This document shows positions 8,914 through 16,712 of a stretch of 24,757 bases of DNA, piece after piece. Position numbers and translations under genes: made by a program. The DNA lies in the IMG/VR virus record IMGVR_UViG_3300025838_000129, positions 1-24,757 of that record; one strand, written 5' to 3'. This DNA comes from a virus (lineage: Duplodnaviria; Caudoviricetes). Under the pieces are notes generated by a model. The model did not search any database. It was not told where the DNA came from and was given only the letters and a program-made list of their open reading frames with translations. Within the stretch, counting starts at the first letter, position 1; every line of letters begins with the position of its first letter.

Positions 8914-9776
8914 TATGTTCTAAAGGTAATTAAATCTTCAACACCATATTTTTTTTCAAAATATTGTTTCATTTCGGGAACACGGTCATATTGGTGAACA
9001 ATACAGTATGGGTCAGCTGTTGCACCAGTAACAACCACATTATCTTTAAATACAGGTCTTGGTTCTAATAGATGTGGACCAAATTGTTCCAGTTGGTCTG
9101 GTTTATTAGTTACATGGAGATTACAAGTCCATCCATCCGCCAGATGAGCCCAATGGGTATATTTTCCATCATTATAGGGAAACAAATTTAAAAGTATATT
9201 ATATGCGGCTTGGTCTGCAACCCAATCAGCTCGATTAGATGACATATGATATAACATAGCACACAAATCACGGATATGTTCAGAATAACCAGCAAGTGTA
9301 CCTACATTATAAACAGGTGTTTCACTAACTTGGTCTAAAAAATATTGGCCAAAACAAGTTTTAATATTGTCGTGATTCCATTTTTCGTTTTTGATTTGGA
9401 TTGCTTCAGAAGATGCCACAATATACGGACCATTAATATCCAAAACATTTTCCAAATATTGACTTGGATTATCTTGAAAGACCACATCACGAACATCAGT
9501 CGTGATTACATAACGATAATTTTGGTAATTGTGTAACAGATATGTGTAGATATGTAGAAATCGTTCCATGTGAAACATCATGTTACTTGTTCCACCGGGT
9601 TGTATTACTTGAAAACCAGAATCTTCGATTTTCTTAACTGTTTCGGTTGTAGCATTAAGAGCAATGAGAACTTTATCACCTTTGAAACCACATTGGTTGA
9701 TAGATTCAATCCAAGGTTTTATCTGGTTGTAATTATAATTCTTAAATGCACCAATTATGAGGTCTTTTTTTGCCAT
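8913..9776 (-). CDS. Nucleotide-diphospho-sugar transferase (GT-A-like)
   Basis: YVITTDVRDVVFQ (DxxD), YNVGTLAG, ADQAAYN and IVHQYDR. Confidence 0.75.
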   Translation of the reverse strand: MAKKDLIIGAFKNYNYNQIKPWIESINQCGFKGDKVLIALNATTETVKKIEDSGFQVIQPGGTSNMMFHMERFLHIYTYLLHNYQNYRYVITTDVRDVVFQDNPSQYLENVLDINGPYIVASSEAIQIKNEKWNHDNIKTCFGQYFLDQVSETPVYNVGTLAGYSEHIRDLCAMLYHMSSNRADWVADQAAYNILLNLFPYNDGKYTHWAHLADGWTCNLHVTNKPDQLEQFGPHLLEPRPVFKDNVVVTGATADPYCIVHQYDRVPEMKQYFEKKYGVEDLITFRT

Positions 9777-10486
9777 GGTAATGTTCCATTATATTTTTGT
9801 TTCATCACTTCATTGTTATGTAAGAAGAATTCTTTTTGTACTGACCTCTCGGTATTTCCTGTACGATAATTAAGAGTATACAGGTAATTGGTGTCGTATG
9901 TCAAGTTATTTTGACGGAGAACATGAACCAACATTCTATCTACTTCTGGTACACCTGGTTCTCTGGCTTTACGATACCAAATTGGTGTTAATTGTAATGC
10001 GATGTTTTTAGGTAAGAAATAACAACCCACATCGACAAAATAATCTTGTTCACCCAAGCAAGAAGGCCATTTTCCTAAGGATTCACAATCATCATTACAC
10101 ATATAATTACCATCTTTATCGGTAATCTTGCGTAGTGAAAATGCCCATTGATTACCTGCCTCGATGGTTTCCATTAGTGATTCAACATGGTCTGGTTCTA
10201 ACCAGTTATCTTCATCCAAGAAACATACATATTCACCTTTGCAAAGATAGATGGATGCACCGTAGATTCGGTGGCCATTGTATCGGTCTGTTCCTGTTGC
10301 ATAGGGTAATTCAATAACATCCAAACCAGGATAATCTTGTAGAATTACATGAGCTTTAGGATGAACACCATCAACCACCACAAGGTGTTGTATATTTTCG
10401 TATGTTTGGGATTTTACAGATTGGATTGCTTGCCTGAGGTAATGCGCTCCCGTGGTGGGAGTAATCACAGTCACTAATGGTTTCAT
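9755..10486 (-). CDS. Glycosyltransferase family 2
   Basis: LVTVITPT, QSVKSQTY, VVVDG and GEYVCFLDEDN. Confidence 0.9.
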   Translation of the reverse strand: MKPLVTVITPTTGAHYLRQAIQSVKSQTYENIQHLVVVDGVHPKAHVILQDYPGLDVIELPYATGTDRYNGHRIYGASIYLCKGEYVCFLDEDNWLEPDHVESLMETIEAGNQWAFSLRKITDKDGNYMCNDDCESLGKWPSCLGEQDYFVDVGCYFLPKNIALQLTPIWYRKAREPGVPEVDRMLVHVLRQNNLTYDTNYLYTLNYRTGNTERSVQKEFFLHNNEVMKQKYNGTLPWQKKTS

Positions 10487-10488
10487 AA

Positions 10489-10794
10489 TTATTCTCTAGT
10501 CAGTTTTAGTATCTTCTCAATTTGTTTTTCTATTGCAGGTTTACGATTTGGCCAATATATGTATTCTTTATCTCCGGTCGAATGTAGTTTAGTGAGAAAA
10601 GGAACAATCATATTTTCCAATTGTTCCAATCTTGATTTATAATCTACAACCATATTCTCAACAGGTTTGGTAACCTTGTTTACTTCATTGGCAATACGAG
10701 CATTATAATCTTCTTCACTTACTGCGGAGAATCCAAAGTCATCTTCTTGTGTGGCATATTGTTTTGCCAGTTTATCAAAATCAATCAATCCCAT
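10489..10794 (-). CDS. Hypothetical protein (101 aa)
   Basis: In-operon ORF preceded by AGGT; contains DDFGFSAVSE and YIYWPNR. Confidence 0.75.
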   Translation of the reverse strand: MGLIDFDKLAKQYATQEDDFGFSAVSEEDYNARIANEVNKVTKPVENMVVDYKSRLEQLENMIVPFLTKLHSTGDKEYIYWPNRKPAIEKQIEKILKLTRE

Positions 10795-10801
10795 AAATTA
10801 C

Positions 10802-11902
10802 CTATGCGCTATATTTAATAAAAATACTACTATTCTTTGTTGCCGAAGAACCATAACCAAATAACCATTTTGTTATTGCAGATTGTTTCTTTTCTTTTAA
10901 CATTGTATAACAGAAATCTATTCCTATGTATTTTGACATCCACCAGACTTGGTCTTTTCTTTGAGATTTTTTAGCCTCCATAATTAAATCCTCAACTTTT
11001 GCTCTGGATCCAGATAATTCTTTAAACATCGTTGCAAATTTTTTAAATGTTGCATCGGAAGGTTTTGCAATTTGCGATTGAAAGTCTTGAGGAAACATTA
11101 ATTTTCCTCTTGTTATTCCTGAATCAATAGCAGATTGCATTACATTACCACCACCAATTTTTCCACCAGCAGCAGTTTTACCTTTGATTTCTCCTTGCCA
11201 AGAACTAGTTACTGGTCTACTGGAGAAATTTCTTAATTGTATTTCACCATCTTTACCTGAAGATTTAAATTGAATGTATATATCTTTTGAATCAAACATA
11301 TTTTGACCTAATTTTATTCCAGTATATATTGCATTAGGAGGTTTTCCATTATTAAAAATTTCTGCATGGGGCGAACCTTTAGGAACTTTTTTAAGTGAAA
11401 TTCCGATTAAATTGGTTTTTGCAAATTCATCATAAATGTATCCATTGTAATCTTGCAATGAATCCCAATCCGATTTAAAAATAAATCCTTTTTTTACCAT
11501 CCAAATGTCTGCGGGATTCCATTTATCATCACCGACAATTCCACTAACTTTTCTAAATTTACCAAATTCAGAATATATTTGGCCAACTAATTTTCCACCA
11601 CGATGAAATGTAAATTTTTGTGAAGAACTATCTGGAACATCATGAAATATTTGATTAGCTGTAACGATAACACTATGAAACCAATCGTCATCTAAACTTT
11701 TTAAACAAGAAGGTAAACTTCTATCACAATTGGCATCACCTATTGTTTTATCTGTTATTTGAGAAATGTCTGATAAACTTGTGCCCAAATATTGTCTTGT
11801 CGCACAGGCATAAGCTTGTAAACATTCTGCAAGAGCGGTTACCTCCGAACCTGCACCGGAACCCATTACTGGAGCTTGATTTACTTTAGTTGGAATTTTC
11901 AT
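10802..11902 (-). CDS. Putative PD-(D/E)xK-like nuclease-fold protein
   Basis: TALAE helix, DKWNPADIW and LIGISLKK (P-x-D ... S-x-K variant). Confidence 0.5.
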   Translation of the reverse strand: MKIPTKVNQAPVMGSGAGSEVTALAECLQAYACATRQYLGTSLSDISQITDKTIGDANCDRSLPSCLKSLDDDWFHSVIVTANQIFHDVPDSSSQKFTFHRGGKLVGQIYSEFGKFRKVSGIVGDDKWNPADIWMVKKGFIFKSDWDSLQDYNGYIYDEFAKTNLIGISLKKVPKGSPHAEIFNNGKPPNAIYTGIKLGQNMFDSKDIYIQFKSSGKDGEIQLRNFSSRPVTSSWQGEIKGKTAAGGKIGGGNVMQSAIDSGITRGKLMFPQDFQSQIAKPSDATFKKFATMFKELSGSRAKVEDLIMEAKKSQRKDQVWWMSKYIGIDFCYTMLKEKKQSAITKWLFGYGSSATKNSSIFIKYSA

Positions 11903-11903
11903 T

Positions 11904-11937
11904 TAAATACTCATAAGTTGTTTTTGGAGTATTTATT
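11904..11937 (-). promoter_or_regulatory. Late-promoter variant (AATAAATA) within a 9-bp RBS-occluding hairpin
   Basis: - strand TAAATACTC (11935-11927) pairs with GAGTATTTA (11912-11904), just before the ATG at 11902. Confidence 0.55.
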
Positions 11938-11945
11938 ATACACAT

Positions 11946-13061
11946 TTACCGGATAATGTCAATATTTGCACCATTTGTCCACACTTCTAAATCGGTACGA
12001 ATACGACCTTCTCTTTGGAGTGTTTCAAAACGATTGGACGCTTTGTTTTTCCACCATGCAATAATGTTGTCAAACTCAAACTTATCATAGTTTTCATCTT
12101 TAATCAACACATCTGCTTTTCCGTTAACCACATCAACATAGTTCTTAAAACCATAGTTGGAAGTATAATACCTTTTCTTTTCGGTTAACTTCTTGGCATT
12201 ATCAATCATTTCGTTGAACTTTGCCAGTTCTGGTGTTCCTTTTAATGCCATTTTGACCATACTGATAGTTTTCATTGTGGCCTTTAACTTCTTACTGGAA
12301 CCCTCAGGATCAACCAAATCTTCACCTGTCTTTGATTCGATATACTCTTTCATCTTACGATAAGAATCACCGTCCATCATCGGAATGAAGTTACTGTCGG
12401 TCAATCCTCTGAATCTGATATAAGGTTTCATACCATCATATTGAGATACCGTTTTGGAACTACCATATAAACTGGTGGTTTCAAACAGGCATAGATTCAT
12501 ATTGTATTTCTTATTCAATACTTCACGGATGGTATGTGAACAACAGATTGCAGCCAAGAGTTTACCACCAAGATAATTGTAACCAAACGGTTGTGCTGGT
12601 ACAATAGTGAACCCCATAATTGTGGTATTATTGAATGACTTTGCAAAACCTGGAGTTTGGGAAAATACTTGTTGAAGTAATTCATTTCTTGGTTTCATAT
12701 TGATAACAGGAGAACCAAGACGGATGAATCCCAAAATCTTATTTGAATTCTTTTCATTGACCGCAAACTTCACACTTCTACCAGGAATTGAGGAAGGAGT
12801 AACGTGAGAGGAGATTACACGAATGTAATCGTCCCAACGAGAACTGTCCATTTCCATTAATTCAATATCCATATCTTTTGGGTGCATGGTGAAATCAGAA
12901 AATAAATCTTCCTCAAGGCCACAACCGGGTAAGGTGGTTGGCAACGCATCAATTTGAATCATTTTCTGACTACGCATATATTCATCAATGCGGTCAAAAT
13001 TACTAAAATAATCATGCAATAGATTTGCACAATATAAAGCATCTTCTTTTTCTAATTTCAT
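11946..13061 (-). CDS. DUF4338 / Druantia DruA-like protein
   Basis: GFIRLGSP, IVPAQPFGYNYLGGKLLA and FETTSLYG..SQY. ATGA overlap with the gp41 stop. Confidence 0.7.
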   Translation of the reverse strand: MKLEKEDALYCANLLHDYFSNFDRIDEYMRSQKMIQIDALPTTLPGCGLEEDLFSDFTMHPKDMDIELMEMDSSRWDDYIRVISSHVTPSSIPGRSVKFAVNEKNSNKILGFIRLGSPVINMKPRNELLQQVFSQTPGFAKSFNNTTIMGFTIVPAQPFGYNYLGGKLLAAICCSHTIREVLNKKYNMNLCLFETTSLYGSSKTVSQYDGMKPYIRFRGLTDSNFIPMMDGDSYRKMKEYIESKTGEDLVDPEGSSKKLKATMKTISMVKMALKGTPELAKFNEMIDNAKKLTEKKRYYTSNYGFKNYVDVVNGKADVLIKDENYDKFEFDNIIAWWKNKASNRFETLQREGRIRTDLEVWTNGANIDIIR

Positions 13062-14440
13062 ACTTTGAATCCATCAAATGATTTTTTAGGGTGTTGAATT
13101 TTATTATGCGAACCAACATGGCCAGCATCTGCAAGGCCTTGTTGTGCTGATTGTTCAACATCAAATAATTTCATCTTGGCTCTATCCACACCAATTGTAA
13201 ATCGTTTATGGAATGTTGGGTCGTTATATCTATTTTTTAATTGTTTCACCATCATCTGGCCAAGTTCTTCCAATTCTTCGGAAGAAATCAAAGCAAACAT
13301 CAAATCGGCGGTTGCAGGCAACCCGAAACTCTCACTCGTATCCTCCAAGCCAGGATCAGACGATGTGAATCCGCTTCTGGTAGTTTGAGTAGCAGATACA
13401 ATAGGAACATTACATTCAACCGCAAGACCCCTAAGTTCTTCTGCGATGGACTTAACGTAAGTGTAAGAGTTAATATTCGCCCCAGCCTTGATACGAGAAG
13501 AACAACAGATATTAAGATAATCCACAAAGATAATGTCAGGCACGAAAGACCTTTTGAGATTGAGTTCATTTAATAATGTCCTGAAATGGATAGCTGAAGC
13601 AGCTGCTGTTGGATATTCTTTGATAATGAGTTTGCCGGTACACTTCTCACGGACACGAGCGACCTTCTTATCATATAAATCTTTGGGTAATTCCGATAAG
13701 TCACCAATGTCAGTATTCAAAAGGTTTGCATCAATACGTTCTGCAATCTTTTCTTCCGACATTTCTAGTGTGATGTAGAGAACATTCTTACCTTGTACCA
13801 TAGCACTTGCGGCCACATGACACATAAACAAACTCTTACCAACACCCGTTCCAGCCAACGCAATATTGAGTGTTTTGTTCGGTAATCCCCCTTTTGTAAT
13901 CTTGTTAAAATAGTCCAAGTCAAAGGGAATTCGTTCTTCTTTTCTATGATAAAAATCATAACGCTGGTCAGAATCATCAAGGTAATCGTGTCCCACTGAG
14001 TTATCAAAACTAATTGCTAAAGCATCCGAGAGTATTTTGGGAATCTGACCTTTATCATGCGCTTTGTCCTTACCGTCCAGAATTGAAATAGACCCCAATA
14101 CAGCGTTATAAATGGCTTTCTCTTGGCAGAATTTTTCTGTTTTATCGACAAGCCATGGTATTTGAGATTCTTCTGATTTAGCCTTCTCAATTTCGTCAAG
14201 GTAAGTTTCACATCTTTGTACTTCATCAGACGTAAGATTACGCCTCTCTTTGACGGCAATAGAGATAGCTTCAATTGTGGGTGTTTTATTATATGTTTCG
14301 GTAAAAGAGGTGATTTCATCATATAAAGTTCTCTCAACACTATCCGAAAAATAATCTGTTTTTAGGAATGGTAATACTTTCCGTAAGTAATCATCATTGT
14401 AAATCAGATTCTTTAGTATCGTTTGTTCCAGCTTCATCAA
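13058..14440 (-). CDS. 41: DnaB-like replicative helicase (T4 gp41)
   Basis: ALAGTGVGKS Walker A, YITLEM, IIKEYPT, IFVDYLNIC, SATQTTR, SESFGLPATAD and KQLKNRY. Confidence 0.97.
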   Translation of the reverse strand: MMKLEQTILKNLIYNDDYLRKVLPFLKTDYFSDSVERTLYDEITSFTETYNKTPTIEAISIAVKERRNLTSDEVQRCETYLDEIEKAKSEESQIPWLVDKTEKFCQEKAIYNAVLGSISILDGKDKAHDKGQIPKILSDALAISFDNSVGHDYLDDSDQRYDFYHRKEERIPFDLDYFNKITKGGLPNKTLNIALAGTGVGKSLFMCHVAASAMVQGKNVLYITLEMSEEKIAERIDANLLNTDIGDLSELPKDLYDKKVARVREKCTGKLIIKEYPTAAASAIHFRTLLNELNLKRSFVPDIIFVDYLNICCSSRIKAGANINSYTYVKSIAEELRGLAVECNVPIVSATQTTRSGFTSSDPGLEDTSESFGLPATADLMFALISSEELEELGQMMVKQLKNRYNDPTFHKRFTIGVDRAKMKLFDVEQSAQQGLADAGHVGSHNKIQHPKKSFDGFKV

Positions 14441-14717
14441 TAACTTCCTGCTCCATATTTGAGCTCATAATTTCTACAAGTAAATCACCAAGATAATTCT
14501 TAAAATCTGCATCCTTTTCCAACTTCTTTGGTTTCGCCACGGTGGATTCTAACACATCGTAACCAAAAAGTAAATAGACAAGGTCATTCTTTTCCTCAAA
14601 TTTTACTTTACCATACTTAAAAATGGTATCTTTATATTGCCCATCCAGAAGTCGGATGTGTACCGCAGCCGGATCATTTTTTGGATAAATGTAACAATAA
14701 TCAAGGCCTTCAATCAT
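14394..14717 (-). CDS. gp40-like protein (positional homolog of the head vertex assembly chaperone)
   Basis: Sits between uvsX and 41 as in T4. Start moved to ATG 14717 (MIEGLDY), which follows GGAG. Confidence 0.55.
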   Translation of the reverse strand: MIEGLDYCYIYPKNDPAAVHIRLLDGQYKDTIFKYGKVKFEEKNDLVYLLFGYDVLESTVAKPKKLEKDADFKNYLGDLLVEIMSSNMEQEVIDEAGTNDTKESDLQ

Positions 14718-15789
14718 CTTCCACTCCGTTTGAAGTAACAACATCATCAAAAATATTTTCAGAACCACCTTGCATAATGTCACCGGCTGCAATTTGGTAT
14801 TTGCTTTGTACTGATTCTTGGAACTTTTTGTTTTTAAGAATTGGCATCCAGAAATCAGCAGTATCGGTTTCTTTAATACGATACTTTTTATCTTCTATAA
14901 CACCATCCTCGTCCACCTTTGAGTACCAACCATTAGATGGTTTAACAACAAATCCACTATCAATTGCAATATCAAGTAACCCACTCCAACGGCTAATGCC
15001 ACCATCATGACGAACAGTAACAGGGATTTTAGATTTTTCTCGGACATATCGGGACTTCTCCACATTAATAATAAAGTTATATCCAACAACTTCAGTACCT
15101 TCTTTTTCTTGCTGGCGCCCAATAACAAAAATGTTATCGGCAGAATAGTATGAACCTGTTCCACCACCAACGATTGCTTTAGGAAACATACCAATTTCCA
15201 TGTATGTGTGATTTACTACAACCATTGGAATATCTTTAAGATTCAAATGAGGAGTTACCATACGGAATAAAGATTTGACTGCTTTGGCTCTCGACATATC
15301 ACCAACAGTTTTACCATCAAGTGCATCATTCACTTCTTTAATGGATGCTAAGTTACCAATTGAATCCACTACAATGATGAGGTGTTCACCCCGTTCAACT
15401 TGATTCAGCTGTTGCATGATATCAATTTTTAATTGTTCAATGTCAGTAAGAGGTGTATGTAAAACTCTGGAGGTATCAATACCAAAAGAATCAAAATAAG
15501 ACTGAGGAGTGCCAAACTCCGAATCATAAAAAAGTAACGCTGCATCAGGATATTTGTCCAAGTAAGATTTGGCCATCAACAATGAAAATGCTGTCTTGAA
15601 ATGTTTGGATGGACCTGCCCACATTGTAAGACCTGGTGTTAAACCACCATCTAATCGACCACTTAATGCCACATTGATAATGGGCACCGAGGTGGGAATC
15701 ATATCTTTGTTTGTGAAGAATTTTGATTTCGACAGAATAGCCGAATCTTTAATACTACTATTTTTTTTAATTTTATCTAAAATGCTCAT
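14710..15789 (-). CDS. uvsX: RecA-like recombinase UvsX
   Basis: AGPSKHFKT, FYDSEFG, VVDSIGNLAS, KSLFRMVTP and GGGTGSYYSAD. Confidence 0.97.
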   Translation of the reverse strand: MSILDKIKKNSSIKDSAILSKSKFFTNKDMIPTSVPIINVALSGRLDGGLTPGLTMWAGPSKHFKTAFSLLMAKSYLDKYPDAALLFYDSEFGTPQSYFDSFGIDTSRVLHTPLTDIEQLKIDIMQQLNQVERGEHLIIVVDSIGNLASIKEVNDALDGKTVGDMSRAKAVKSLFRMVTPHLNLKDIPMVVVNHTYMEIGMFPKAIVGGGTGSYYSADNIFVIGRQQEKEGTEVVGYNFIINVEKSRYVREKSKIPVTVRHDGGISRWSGLLDIAIDSGFVVKPSNGWYSKVDEDGVIEDKKYRIKETDTADFWMPILKNKKFQESVQSKYQIAAGDIMQGGSENIFDDVVTSNGVEDD

Positions 15790-16712
15790 TTATTTCCCTT
15801 TTCACGAAATGCCAATTCAGCATCATAATCATACTTAGGTTCTAATTTTTTAACCGGTTCTTCACGATAAACACCTTCGGCTATATGTGTTGTTATCTTT
15901 TCTTCCTGTGGCATTGACGCCTCGACTGTAGTGATGTTTTCTTTTTTGATTTCAATCTTATCACTCTCCCGTTTTTCATCTTTTTGAATTGCTTCGTTAT
16001 ACAACTCAACAGGTTCAGATACCGAAACGGGAATTGAAACTTCTTCTTTCTCATCTTTTTGCCTTAAAGAAATATTTCCTGCTATCAATAATAACACAGC
16101 TAGAGGGTCAAATACAAGCATAATCGTAAAGATTACCAATCGAACGGCTTTATCTAATGCACCATCACCTGTACCAAAGAACATATCTGCCACATACTTG
16201 ATTGGTCCAACATCCGCATTTAATTTATTTTCGGATTTTAATAGAGGCAATCTTTGTTTGTTTATTGTGGTAAGTTCTTTTTGTGTCGTTTGTATTTGTC
16301 TATCAATACTCGCAGATGCCGTTTCTGGATTACCAGCCCGTTTCAACAAGTAATCTAATCTTTCAGTAGCATTTTTCTCTTGTTTGTTTAATACTTTTAA
16401 CTCAGCAGAATTAGCACCAGAATCTAATGTAGAATCAATATGTGATTTGGCCAAGAAACCAAAAATACCCATTGATGTGAGTAACATTAAAACGACCACA
16501 GCAAATACCAAATATGTTTTTAATAACTTAGGTGCAACTTTCCAATTACGATATAACCAAGAGGCAGTAACCAACTTGGCAAATTCCAAAGTAGAACCCA
16601 TAAACACGACAGGCCAAAAAGCACCTGCAAATATTAATGCTAATCCTAATACTGAATAGTATGCAGCCATTCCCGATAATAGAAATGCTGCTAGAAATGT
16701 TAAGTACATCAT
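15786..16712 (-). CDS. Membrane protein with coiled-coil (3 N-terminal TM + 1 TM + acidic tail)
   Basis: Hydrophobic stretches at about aa 3-38, 64-87 and 189-211, with a heptad-like segment between them. Confidence 0.8.
   Translation of the reverse strand: MMYLTFLAAFLLSGMAAYYSVLGLALIFAGAFWPVVFMGSTLEFAKLVTASWLYRNWKVAPKLLKTYLVFAVVVLMLLTSMGIFGFLAKSHIDSTLDSGANSAELKVLNKQEKNATERLDYLLKRAGNPETASASIDRQIQTTQKELTTINKQRLPLLKSENKLNADVGPIKYVADMFFGTGDGALDKAVRLVIFTIMLVFDPLAVLLLIAGNISLRQKDEKEEVSIPVSVSEPVELYNEAIQKDEKRESDKIEIKKENITTVEASMPQEEKITTHIAEGVYREEPVKKLEPKYDYDAELAFREKGNK

Noticed and set aside
11946-13061. Complete Druantia defence system
   Set aside because: Only a DruA-like gene is present, with no DruE-type helicase or other dru genes. 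The neighbouring helicase is the gp41 replicative helicase.
13300-15194. Alternative-frame - strand ORFs inside gp41 and uvsX (13300-13569, 13765-14007, 14017-14340, 14895-15194) and 4020-4223
   Set aside because: They lie within conserved enzyme cores and lack a convincing SD. The frameshift-type L/I/K/M composition is unlike the 2401-2649 case.
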